A stretch of 64,000 bases of DNA from Eledone cirrhosa (lineage: Eukaryota): contig OZ024749.1 in assembly GCA_964016885.1 (NCBI GenBank), positions 8,556,001 through 8,620,000 of the forward strand, written 5' to 3'. The notes below the pieces were generated by a model. It was not told where the DNA came from and made no database searches. It was given only the letters and a program-made list of their open reading frames with translations. The translations under genes were made by a program, and so were the position numbers. This document shows positions 31,232 to 43,359 of this stretch, piece by piece. Numbering within the stretch: position 1 is the first letter of the stretch; every line of letters begins with the position of its first letter.

Positions 31232-31280
31232 GTCGTCACTGAGGAAGTCGCAGAATGTGTGACGAAAGAGCTTTGACAAT
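31232..31280 (+). ncRNA. Type I minimal hammerhead ribozyme motif (related inverted copy at 32143-32187)
   Basis: GTCGTCA-CTGAGGA-a GTCGCA gaatg TGTGAC-GAAA-GAGC-TT^-TGACAAT-AAATAAA. Confidence 0.68.
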
Positions 31281-32142
31281 AAATAAATAAATCGGGTTAT
31301 TAAACCAACCGACCGGAATTTTGTCATGAATTGAAGTGAAAATCAACAGGTGCCTGTGTTTATAATGGCAACTTGACCCTCCCAAATTATAACAATATAT
31401 ATATATATATATATATATGAAAAAATGGCGTGCTGCGTGGTCGCAAATGGGTTACATATGAATAAAATTAGTCCTTCATCAGTGATCTTCCAGCCTTCAT
31501 TGGTATTTCATCGCTTTAAAGATCATATACCTCTGGTTAGTGCGTGCAACAGCTAAAGAAAGTCGTTGCGACACGTAAAATAGGGTGAAACGAACGAGAC
31601 ATGTAAACAAACAAAGATGGTAATGCAACGAAAAGTGAGGAAGAAGGAGTCAAGTCCCTGAAATCGATGAACATAAGTTCTTATGAAATCGTAGACGAGA
31701 GATAAAGACCATCCAACCTGGGTGAAATGTGAGCGAGAAAGGGATTTCACACAGATATCATAGACTGACAAAGATACTCTCCTGGAATGATCAAATGTGT
31801 ATTTTGCAACATAATCCCTGGAAGGAAACAATGCAAGCATCAATAAAAACAGGTGAAATTAATGCATCCAAGATTTCGTAGCCCTAGCAACACTCCTTCC
31901 TAATTAGCCTATGAACTATTCAGCTGACTCTCGTAAATATATATCTATATATCAGAATTATACCAATCTCTTAGACTAGCTTCGTAAACCAGTATATATA
32001 TATATATATATATATAAATACATTGTTATACTTTGGGAGGGTCATGCTGCCAATAAAAACACACGCAGCTGTTAGTTTCACTTCAATTTATTATAAATGT
32101 GGGGTTAGTTGGTTGGTTCGATAACCGGACAGTTGTTTATAT

Positions 32143-32187
32143 ATTGTTAAAGCTGTTTCGTCACATCATGTGACCTCCTCAGTGACT
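32143..32187 (-). ncRNA. Hammerhead ribozyme motif, diverged copy of the 31.2-kb family
   Basis: AGTCA-CTGAGGA-g GTCACA tga TGTGAC-GAAA-CAGC-TT^-TAACAAT. Stem II is retained; stem I has a mismatch. Confidence 0.6.
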
Positions 32188-32651
32188 AGGTTTTATTTTG
32201 TGTCTCTTCTTTGTTCCGTCCTACACCATCTTGTTTTTGCGTGTATATTATTCAGTTGATGACAGTTGGTTGATTATATAATCCGCCGACCTTTTCGTAA
32301 ATAGACAAAGAACTCAACGATTTCAATATAATAAATAATTGTTTCTACTTTTGGCACAAGGCCAGCTATTAACCAGTGCATTACTGGTACTTTATTTTAT
32401 CGACCCCGTACGGATGAAAAGCAAAGATAACAATCGACGGGGTTTGAACTCAGAATGGCAAGGGCCGTAACTCTATGCGTCAAAGCATGGCGTCCGACCC
32501 TCTACCGATACTGCCAATCCACCGCCCCGAACTCAGAATAAATAATACGGTTTTATTCGTCTCTCTTATTTATTATACATATATATATGTGTATATATCT
32601 ATATATATATATATAGATATATACACACACACACACATATATGTACACACA

Positions 32652-32744
<93 letters not shown>

Positions 32745-33240
32745 GTGCGTGTGCATGTGCGCGTGTGCGTGTGCATGTGCGCGTGCGCGTGCGTTCGTGC
32801 TTTAGCGCGTGTGTTCAGGAAGCTTCTATACTTTCCATGTTAGACCTAATATTCAGATCATGTTTACACTAATGTGTAACTCTAATAATAACATGTTCAT
32901 ATCAGTTATAGAGTAAGTATAGTGAAAGTGAAAAACAGGATTTATTCCATCTAGCTGTTCAGTCGTTGTCAGAGAGAGAATTGTGTAGTGTGTTTCTCTT
33001 AACTGATTCACTGATCTCTTCTTCCTCTATTACGTGACAGGGTAGAATTATAAGAATGATTTCTATGTTCGACTCAAGGCCGTTAATGTTCTATGGCAGG
33101 GTAGGGAAAGCAGTTTAAATCGACCCTATTGTTAGATAGAAATAGGAGTTACCATGATGTGTATTGTGATGGATTTAAGTGAATGTAAAGATTTATTTTA
33201 TTCCACCGATGTTTGTGGATCTTCTGACATTTATAATTTA

Positions 33241-33813
33241 CTAGCAGTGGTACCCGGCGTTGCACGGGATAAGGTATTTTGCAACGCGGGCCGCCAACAG
33301 AGCTAATCGTGGAAAAACTGTATGCCTGGACAATATGTAAAGAAAATAAACCGAATACTCTGATGGCTGGATAATCTTTAAGATTTTCCTCGGTGAAGCA
33401 GGAAAAATGCAGATTTTCACCTAATGCCGGCCCTAGGGGATCAAGAAAATGAATTTTTTTTTTATGTGTATAATATGCCTTGAAATTTCGGGAAAATCGG
33501 CTAGACGTAACGCCTCAAAAGAGCCCTAAAAAGCTGGAAAAAATGAAGTTTTTCGCCTAATGCGGGCCCTAGGGGATCATAAAGTAGGATTGTCTTTGCT
33601 TACGGTATGAAGAAAAGACTGACTAATACATAATTACAATTTCAAGGAAATCGGTCTGGCGTAACGCCTCCAAAAAACCCTAAAAAGCTGGAAAAAACAC
33701 AGTTTTTCACCTAATGCGGGCCCTAGGGGATCAAAAAGTTGAATTTTTTTATGTGCATAACAATTCAAACACACAGACACAGACAGACAGACATCCTCAG
33801 TTTTATATATAGA
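33241..33813 (-). mobile_element. Non-autonomous Helitron
   Basis: On the minus strand it starts A|TCTATATATAAAA, carries (CTGT)n near the 5' end, and ends with the GC-rich subterminal segment CCCGTGCAACGCCGGG and CTAG|T. It contains about 150-bp internal repeats. Confidence 0.8.
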
Positions 33814-35085
33814 TAATTTAGGCACAAGGCCAGTAATATATTGTGGGGTGGCGGGTAGTGAAAGCCGGTTAAATTGACCCCTGTATTAGACAGAAATGGG
33901 AGTTACCCTGATGCTTATTGCGATAACTTTAACTTAATAAATATCTTTTAAATTTTACTTTATTTTGTATTTTATTCCACCTATGTTTGTAGATTTTATG
34001 TCATTTATAATTCAGGCCCAAGGCTCGTCAGGTAGGGTAAGTCGGTTAACTCGAACCCCACCACAATTCCACAGCAATATGTCAGGTAGGATAAGTTGGT
34101 TATCTAGAACCCCTCCCCCACACCACAGTTTCTGACTGGTATTTTGTTTTATCCTCCTCAGAATGATGCAAGACAAAGTTGTCCTCGGTGGGAATTGAAC
34201 TCATAAAACAAAGAACAGCCATTAAATTTAACCAAATGTTTAGAGAGACGTCGAATGATTCCTCCAAATCACCATCTTTTTGATAATTGTTTCTACTTTT
34301 TGGCACAAGGCCAGCAATTATCTCAGTACATTACTGGTACTTTATTTTATCGACCCCGTAAGGATGAAAGGCAAAGTCAACCTCGGCGGGATTTGAACTC
34401 AGATCGTAAAGGGACGTAACTATGGAAAGCATAATCCAACCCTCTACCGGTACTGCCAATCCACTTTGATAATAATAACGATTTCTGGTTTACAGCAAAA
34501 TAAATATTGCTTATAACCCCACCCCGTTTCCAGGGTATATTTGCTGACACTTGAGCTAAGGAATAGTTTGTGTGGTAGGGGTAACGACATAGCGGTATGG
34601 TTTAACTCAATCCCATTACTGCACTAGAGCTTGGTGAACACAACCAAAAGGATATGGTCCGAACTCCCACTGTCATCGCCTCCATCTCTCTCGCACTCCC
34701 CATCTCTCCGTTTGGTGAGCAAACGGGGTCCCACGTGCTGGCCTCCCCACAGACCCGGCGGACAGAGTGGAGGAGGCGTTTCCCCGGAGGATGGTAAGGG
34801 GAGACGCGCTGGAAGAGCCATTACAACTCGCGAGGCTCACACCTCCGGCTGGCCAGCTCAGCGCCTATGGTGGTGAGTAGGGAGGTAGCCCTGGGGCCAA
34901 GGACACCAGAAGTCTCCACTGCTAATGGCACGACCGCGAACCTGTCGAAGAGCGACCGGTACTGTAGTTATTTGATCAATCTCGGAAGGATGAGAGGTGG
35001 GATTTGAGCTTAGCAACGTTAATTCTGGCTGTTTATGTTCTAAGCATTTGCCCAACCCATCATCACCCTTAAAATAGAAAAAAAA

Positions 35086-35130
<45 letters not shown>

Positions 35131-35243
35131 TATATATATATATGTATATATGTATCAGGGTTTAAGGTTTCCTCTCTTTCGACAGATATATTAAAAAAAA
35201 AAAGATTTCTAGGTAACTTACTTTTTCTTTTCGTTACCTCATC

Positions 35244-35288
<45 letters not shown>

Positions 35289-35347
35289 GAGAGAGGGAGA
35301 GAGGGAGAGAGAGAGAGAGGGGGAGAGAGGGAGAGAGAGAGAGAGCC

Positions 35348-35384
<37 letters not shown>

Positions 35385-36161
35385 CAGAGAGAGAGAGACA
35401 GAGAGAGAGGGGGAAAGAGAGAGAGAGAGACAGAGACAGACAGAGAGAGAGACAGACAGAGAGAGAGAGACAGACACACAGACAGACAGACCGACAGACA
35501 GAGAGAGAGACAGAGACAGACAGACAGCGAGAGAGACAGAGAGACAGAGAGACAGAGAGAGGGTGTACCAAAAGTCGCGATACATAGGAAAAATAATTGT
35601 TTTTATTAGAAAAGAACGTTAAAAAATCAATAAATATGAAAACTTAAAAATGTAATTATATATATATATATGAGTGTGTGTGAGTGTGTGAGTGTGTGAG
35701 TGTGTGACTGTGGATATGTGTGTGTATGTGAAGATATGTAACCCTGCGTTCAGTGTGCCCGGCATGAAAATCGATACCCAGGCGATGTGTTTTGTGTCTG
35801 ACCAAGACAATATATTTTATTTTGTTCCAGTTCACTCTATATTTCAAAGGACCAGCTTTTCACACAGTGATTCAACCTGAATCTCCCTGAGAACTACGCA
35901 AATGATGCACGTGTCTGTGGAAAGAACAGCCACTTGTACGCTAATTTCACGAGCCGCCTGTTCCGCTGTTCGAACAACTGAAACGGGAGTCGCCGAAACC
36001 GACGGAGGACCATGTCAGGTGTTATTGTGTTTGTATGTAAAGAAAGCTCTATGTTAAATAGACGAAGGCGTGTCTACTATATAACTGACTCCTTTAGTTA
36101 TTACAAATCTATGTACCTTAACTGTACTTAAAATGGTGTTGTCCTTAGGGCTCAACACACA

Positions 36162-37424
36162 CAGCCTGCCGACGGTATTTGAGGACACGTGTATTTTTAG
36201 TCATTATTTTATTTGACTAATTTTTATTGAAATTCCATTTCAGAAAATAACAATGAAAATAACTATGCTTACTAATGAAATGAAAAGGCATGATGTGATT
36301 GTGGCTTTGAAGGCTAAGCATGGGGATTTAGAAATTTCTAGTTTTCTGAAAGTTGCAAGATCTTTTGTCCACAAGATTCGGTGTGAGTTAGAGAAAGAAG
36401 ATAGAAGTGTATTACCTGTATCAAAACGTAAAAAACATTCCAAACGTTTTCATTCTATTAGGACACCTGAATTTATTCAGGAAGTTAAGCAAAACATTGA
36501 TGACAATACAGGAAAATCAATGAGGTCAGTTGCAAAATATGCTGGTGTGTCAGAAAAAACAATCAGAAATGTTGTGCATGAAGACATCAGATACAAATCT
36601 AACGTGATGAGACGAGGTCAATTCATGTCAGAAAAAACAAAAGAAAACCGTTTAATCAGATCCAAAAGACTTTTAAACTAACTTAAAAATCTATCAGAAA
36701 ATGGTGTGATTTGGTTTTTCTCAGATGAGAAAAACTTTGACCAGGACCAGAAAACTAACAGAAGAAATGACAGGTGACTATGTGCAGACCCTTCTGAGGT
36801 TACAAGAGTAATGCACACAAAATTTCCTGCAAGTGTCATGGTTTTGGGTGTTGTTAGCAATGAAGGACATGTGATGCCTCCTCACTTTTTTCCACAAGGC
36901 CTTAGGGTGAATGCTGCTGCATATATTGAGGTTCTGGATAAAGTTGTTAAGCCTTGGATCAACAGTGTATGCAATGGAAGGCCTTATGTCTTTTAACAAG
37001 ATTCTGCACCATCACACAAGGCTCAAATTACACAAGAATGGATGGTTGACAATTTGCATGATCACATCACCCCCAACACTTAGCCTCCTAATCCTCCAGA
37101 TCTCAATCCACTGGACTACTATGTATGGAGCACTGTTGAGAAAATTGTCAATGAACACCCCCATAGCACCAAAGATTCTTTGAAAGCCGCCATAATTCGA
37201 TCATGTCCGATGTGAACAAGGACCACTTAATCCGAGTTTGTAAACGATTTCGACCCCGCGTAGAGGTAGTTATTGAAGCTTATGGTGGTTTTATTGAATG
37301 AAATTATTAAATTGATAATTTAGCTTTATGTTTGTTATTTTTATAAGAATACAGTTTTTTTCTGCTATTATATAAGCGTTTTTTTTTAACCATAAATCTA
37401 TCCTCAAATACCGTTTGCAACTTG
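36162..37424 (+). mobile_element. Tc1/mariner superfamily DD37D (maT-type) transposon with a pseudogenised transposase
   Basis: Imperfect TIRs (cagcctgccgACGGTATTTGAGGA / TCCTCAAATACCGTttgcaacttg-TA). The transposase runs in one frame with in-frame stops: HTH region from 36253, WFFSDEKNF, VMVLGVVS, then QD-37 residues-D (QDSAPSH...PPDLNPLDYYVW). Confidence 0.9.
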
Positions 37425-37876
37425 TATGTGTGTGAGTGTGTGTGAGTGTGTGTTTCTGTGTGAAGGCACGTGGGTTTGTGGTCAGTGTATTAGGTCCATA
37501 ATCGTAAGTTCAGGAGTTCAATTCCCGGCGGCCCGTTATGTTTTGAGCAGAGAAACTTTATTTCACATTGCTCCCAGCTGGCAAAAATGAGAAGGCACAG
37601 CCTTGTCACATTCAGTGTCACACTGAATCTCCCTAAGAAATACGTTAAGGGTACGCGTGTCTGTGGAATGCTCAGCCAGTTGCACGTTAATTTCACGAGC
37701 CTGCTCTTCTGTTGATCGTATCAGCTGGAACACTCGTCGTCATAACCGACGGAGTATTTAAACGTATGTTATTACTCTAAGAACCTACCCTCATTGAGTG
37801 CTTTGCTAATTCATTCCTATTGTAGGTCGACTTTGCTTGCCCACAGCCAAAGCTTCGTTTTAACTAAGCTTCCACT

Positions 37877-37927
<51 letters not shown>

Positions 37928-37980
37928 GGCTTCTACAGGACTAGAACTGTTTCATTCGGGAGAAATCATCCGGAAGCCCC

Positions 37981-38016
<36 letters not shown>

Positions 38017-38080
38017 TTTAATATAGAAATGGCTTCTACAGGTCTAGAACTGTTTTTTCGGGAGAAATCATCAGGAAATC
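37928..38080 (-). ncRNA. Two direct copies of a hammerhead motif (37928-37978 and 38031-38080), each with a core lesion
   Basis: Consensus GGCTTC-CTGATGA-TTTC tccc GAA(A/T)-GAAA-CAG ttctagac CTG-TA^-GAAGCC. Copy 1 has CGGATGA; copy 2 lacks the G of GAAA and has a weaker stem I. Confidence 0.62.
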
Positions 38081-38173
<93 letters not shown>

Positions 38174-38601
38174 GAGGGCAAGACAACGTATACAAATCAA
38201 AACGAAAGACAACTTTTTAAATAAACATACAAACGAAGGTCGCAGAACTCCATGGCCATCGGCCGTTGAGAAGGACTTGAGCAGACTCGAGCCCCGCCTT
38301 GCGTTAATGGCACCACCGGCCCACCCTGGGTCACAGCGTCTGACATAAGCCAAACACCGTCCAGTGGAGCAAGAGACAAAAGACAAAACATCAACTTACA
38401 GCAAAGAAGCTACAAAACATAGAATCTTGTGTGACGCCAGATAAAAGACTTGACTTTTATAGCAGGTGAGAAACATAACTGAATCAAAGAAAAAAGGGGA
38501 AGAAAAAAAGAGAAAGGTAAAGAAAGATATCGGGAAAGAGGGGGGGGGGGGGTTAGATAAACACCGCTACAAAGAGAGGACAAGACAAGTATGTCAAGAC
38601 A

Positions 38602-38652
<51 letters not shown>

Positions 38653-38655
<3 letters not shown>

Positions 38656-38985
38656 TCCCATCTTCCACATCTAGAATAAGGAGCAGGTATTGCAATAGCC
38701 TGGGATTCAAGGGCCCTCAACTCTTCAACAGGCTGCCGAGGCATCTGAGAGACTTGCATGACGTGGAGGTAGATGTCTTTAAGAAACATCTCGACACCTT
38801 GTTATCCAGGATCCCGGATGAGCCCACAGCAAGACACGAGGGAAACCTAAGGGCAGCAGCAACAAACTCCCTCTTACACCAGAGGCCAACCTATACAGGC
38901 TGGAGATAAAATGTGTAGCAACAAGGGCGGTGCCCCAGCATGGCCTCAGCCGGATGGCTGAAACAGGTAAAAGAGTAAAAGAGTA
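38653..38985 (+). mobile_element. 3' fragment (about 330 bp) of the same CR1/L2-group LINE, with (AAAAGAGT)2 tail, in (TA)n
   Basis: Near-identical to the reverse complement of 62320-62643. Confidence 0.9.
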
Positions 38986-39323
38986 TGTATATATATATCA
39001 TTTCATTTTACGTCCGCTTTTCCCTGCTTGCAAGGGTGGGACGGGAACTGATGCTGGCTTGATTTCTACAGCTGGATGCCCTTCCTAACACCAACCTCAT
39101 TTACAGTGAGTGCTGGGTGCTTTTTTGCCGTGGCACCTCTACGACCACTTTGCAGTGGAATGATAGGGATCCCAATCCCTATCATCTCATTTCTACAGCT
39201 GAGTAAACTGGAGCAATGTGAAATAAAGTGTCTTGCTCAAGGAAACAACACGTCACCCGGTGTGAGAATTGAACTCACAACCTTTCGATTGCAAGGTCGA
39301 TGCTCTTATCAATAAGCCATGTG

Positions 39324-39415
<92 letters not shown>

Positions 39416-39504
39416 GAGTGTCCCAAAACATGTATACACACTTTACCTGTATTGGTAATATTTATTAGAATGCTGTTGAAGTGTGTATACATTTTGAAGG
39501 GGAC

Positions 39505-39548
<44 letters not shown>

Positions 39549-39635
39549 AGTGTGTTTCTATAATATATATATATTTATATACATACACACTTCAACAACA
39601 TTCTAATAGATATATGTATATATTTTGGGGGAACA

Positions 39636-39674
<39 letters not shown>

Positions 39675-40114
39675 TGTGTGTGTGTGAGTGTGTGTGTGTG
39701 TGTGTGTGTGTCTGTGTGTGTGTCTGTGTGTGTGTCTGTGTGTGTGTATGTGTATGTGTCTGTGTGTATGTGTGTGTAGGTGCGTGTATACCACGTGTTC
39801 TTTACCAAATGCGAGCAATCTCAATGGATCGATAGCTTACGGAAAAAATAGACACCAGAATAAATTTTAATTCAATTAAACACCAAATACGACACTTGAA
39901 ATAATTATATTAACATGTAGAAACGTTTCAATGTTAATACAAGCAGGTAACAACGCTGAAATATCTTCAGGATATCAATATAAGAACTGGAGAAGGCAAG
40001 TCGCAAAGAAACACAAGCACAGTCTATCCCTGACTTAGTAGATGGTTAAGATTCAGTCACTGCCATGACTGAATCTTCACCATCTACCAAGTCAGGGTAT
40101 GTCATGCATCATCT

Positions 40115-40181
40115 TATTTTATCTGATGAGGACGTACTGTTGAAGATAGCTCAGTACCTCTGAAATATGTATAATAAAATA
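40115..40181 (+). ncRNA. Type I minimal hammerhead ribozyme motif
   Basis: TATTTTAT-CTGATGA-GGA c GTACTG ttgaagatagct CAGTAC c TCT-GAAA-TATGTA-TA^-ATAAAATA. Perfect 8-bp stem I and intact core. Confidence 0.82.
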
Positions 40182-40687
40182 TACTTCATCACACGAATGT
40201 CTATTTTTGTTAATATTTTGAATTAATATTAATAACTCCGGAAAACTTTTCTTGTAGAGTGCTTCCAATCTATTGTAAAACTCATTCTTTGATTTATTCA
40301 TTGAACATTGTTTAACCTTTAAATATATATATATACATCATCATCATCATCACTCGTCGACTACTGTCGAGATGATGGATCTCACTCTCATGCCCCAGAA
40401 TCCCCTGTCCCCCATCGCTGCCCCCAGGTCCTGTCTGCCGATTCCCGTATCCCTAGAGATAACGTCAGGGAATGACAGCTTCGTACTCCTAGTCACATAC
40501 ATACAAATAGAGAGAGTGAGAGAGAGAAAGAGTTGAACCTCTGTTCACGAAATTAATTCGTTCCTGAAGGACATTCGTCACTCAAAACGTTCGTAATCTG
40601 AAACTATTTTTCTCATACGAAATGTTGAAAGAGAAATACAGTTAGTAGAAGAGACGAGAGATTACACAAACTTAACAAGGAGCAAGA

Positions 40688-41098
40688 CATTCCTGGCCAT
40701 CTTTCCGTTCCGCAATGGCAAACCCCTCGTCTGGGATGCCACTTGCACCGACACAACCTGGTGCAGTCTGTGACTAACCCAGGTTCTGCTGCACTTCGGG
40801 CTGAGGAGGAAAAACTCTCCAAGTACCAGTCGCGCCCATAGATAGCAGTGGAGTCTTCTGGTGCCCTTGGCCCTAGGGCTACCTCCCTATTCACCACCAT
40901 AGGCGCTGAACTGGCCCGCTGCAGGTGTGAGACCCGCAAGCTGGAATGGCTCTTCCAGCGTATCTCCCTTATCATCCTCCGGGGAAACGCCTTCTCCATT
41001 CTGTCCGCCGGGGATGGAGAAGGCCTGCACGTAGGGCCCCATTTGCTCACCATATGTCTACAATATGACAGGACTTTGTATCCAACCTATTAAATAAA
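40688..41098 (+). mobile_element. Remnant of a restriction-like-endonuclease (CRE-type) non-LTR retrotransposon 3' end
   Basis: LAIFPFRNGKPLVWDATCTDT, then in another frame VESSGALGPRA...WLFQRISLIILRGNAFSIL, followed by AATAAA near 41093. Confidence 0.7.
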
Positions 41099-41361
41099 CA
41101 TATTGTCAATTGTCGTTTGTATTCTCTGATCTACCGCTGGAACACAAGGAGGAATGTGTCATCTAACACGTGGTGTTTTATGCGGCTGTTTACTTGGAAA
41201 CAAACCAAATAATTTTATGACGCATATGCGCATTGCCATTCTGAGTTCAAATCCCGCCGAGGTTAACTTTGCCTTTCATCCTTACGGGGTCGATAAAATA
41301 AAGTACCGGTAATACACTGGGTAATTGCTGGCCTCGTGCCAATAGTAGAAACAATTATTAT

Positions 41362-41547
41362 GGTGGATTGGCAGTATCGGTAGAGGGTCGGACGCCATGC
41401 TTTCCAGCATAGTTACGCTCCTTTACGATCTGAGTTCAAATCCCGCCGAGGTTGACTTTGCCTTTCATCCTTACGGAGGTCGATAAAATAAAGTACCAGT
41501 AATGCACTGGGTAATTGCTGGCCTTGTGCCTAAAGTAGAAACAATTA
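41362..41547 (+). mobile_element. Representative tRNA-derived SINE (about 190 bp) with Deu/Nin-like central domain; more than 20 copies in the window
   Basis: A-box-like TGGCAGTATCGG, B-box GAGTTCAAATCC, body GCCTTTCATCCTTACGGGGTCGATAAAATAAAGTACCAG, tail GCTGGCCTTGTGCCTAAAGTAGAAACAATTA. Other copies near 3000, 7760-8870 (several), 14250, 27045, 30020, 30330, 32340, 34285, 41240, 42020, 44295, 52455, 52655, 53935-55550 (cluster) and 57470. Confidence 0.85.
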
Positions 41548-41612
41548 TAATATTACTATTCACTCACGAATACACTTAAGTATCAACCATGGTAAAGTGA
41601 AAACAAATTTTG

Positions 41613-41647
<35 letters not shown>

Positions 41648-42201
41648 TAAAATAACAGATTAAATATTTGCTCTACGGTTCTTATATATTTGATATATAT
41701 TTATCCTTATCGAGCCCTCTTTGGATTTTAGTCTTCAATTTTATTATTATTACTATATATATATATATATATATAAAATATGGAAAACGAAGATTCAGTG
41801 GACGCATCCAAGCAACCTTACCACAAGAGAGAAAAAGAGAGAAAAGGAGAGAAAAGGAGAGAAAAAGAGAAAGTGTGTGTGGTGTGGTGTGGTGTGTGTG
41901 TGTGTGCGTGTGCGTGTAACGCGGAGTTACTGTATGTTCGCTCGGGTGAGCACTCGATGTTTAAGTTCACTTCAGTGTGTGTAGAGCTATACAGAGTGTA
42001 TTATATATATATCCATAAGGGTGATTGGCAGTATCAGTAGAGGGTCGGACGCCATTCTTTGACGCAAAGAGTTACGTCCCTTTACGATCTGAGTTCAAAT
42101 CCCGCCGAGGTTGACTTTGCCTTTCATCCTTACGGGGTCGATAAAATAAAGTACCAGTAATGTACTGGGTAATTGCTGGCCTTGTGCCTAAACGTAGAAA
42201 C

Positions 42202-42240
<39 letters not shown>

Positions 42241-42375
42241 GTGATTCCGTCGGAAAGGTCCAGGAAAAAAGAGTGCTCTATGTAGGTTACAGAGCTTAAT
42301 AGTTATGTAATAAACAACATAAGATAATTATTTCATTTACCAGTGGTTTCAAATCCAATAAAGACACCAGGATTT

Positions 42376-42435
42376 TTTCATTCTTGTGAATGAAAGCAAT
42401 TTTGGTTGCTTTCAAGAAACCACTGGTAAATGAAA
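42376..42435 (+). ncRNA. Hammerhead ribozyme motif with mutated core (CTTGTGA)
   Basis: TTTCATT-CTTGTGA-a TGAAAGCAA ttttgg TTGCTTTCA a-GAAA-CCACTGG-TA^-AATGAAA. All three stems pair, but the core deviates from CTGANGA. Confidence 0.6.
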
Positions 42436-42482
42436 TAATTATCTTATGTTGTTTATTATATAACTATATATTTATATATATA

Positions 42483-43359
42483 CTAGCAGTAAAGCCCGGC
42501 GTTGCTCGGGGTCGCTCAGTAGCTGTGTTAAAGTTACAATGTTAAGTTTCTTTCTTGGCTTAAAAACTGTAGTGTCTACTGTGCAGACTTGCATGTGGTG
42601 TTTTTGATTAATATTCCCTCAACCAACAATATGCCTTATGAAGTTAAGAAAACATAACGATAACCCGAATGTTATAACAAAAGAGGATGCTGGGGATAGA
42701 AACTGCACTGGTTATTTATTAACAAAGATCGAAAATGTAAACACTGCAACGCAGAGAAAAACATTAGCGTAACCAAATTATCAGTTATGTCTGTCTGCAC
42801 GCCTATATCACCTCTCTGCACGACTGTCTGTCTGCACGCCTATATCACCTCTCTGCACGACTGTCTGTCTGCACGCCTATATCACCTCTCTGCACGACTG
42901 TCTGTCTGCACGCCTATATCACCTCTCTGCACGACTGTCTGTCTGCACGCCTAACGACGAAATATTTGCTTGTTTTACGTAGTCTTTAAATAGACTTGTT
43001 TTCAAGTAAAAATATTGTTTTAAAATGCTTTTAAATGGAAATGAAGCAAAACGGAAGCATCGTGTATTGTGTTAATGTCATTTTAAACGCTGAGAAAGCC
43101 AGCGTAATTTTTTACGTAAGACAGCTCAATGTAAACAGAACAAAGGGAAATAACTGATAACTTACGCTCAAAAATCGATACATTATATTCGATTTCGTCA
43201 CATAGGGTGGGTCAATTTGAAATTTTTTTTTCCGATGTCTTCGCTAGGGCTCAATGTACAAGTCTAGCAATTTCGGTGCAATTCCGTGAGAGATTCTAAG
43301 AGGAGATGTGTGCCAAAAATCGATAGACAGACAGACAACCACAGTTTTATATATATAGA
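42483..43359 (-). mobile_element. Non-autonomous Helitron containing a 37-bp tandem repeat (42789-42952)
   Basis: 5' A|TCTATATATATAAAA plus (CTGT)n; 3' CCCGAGCAACGCCGGG...CTAG|T. Confidence 0.8.

Noticed and set aside
31470-31490. Minus-strand CTGATGA (also CTGAAGA at 44211 and CTGAAGG at 40564)
   Set aside because: No properly placed GAAA with pairing stems; expected by chance or too decayed.
34500-34960. GC-rich unique-looking segments (also 30750-31050 and 38170-38600)
   Set aside because: Probably fragments of retroelement UTRs, but I found no motif allowing assignment.
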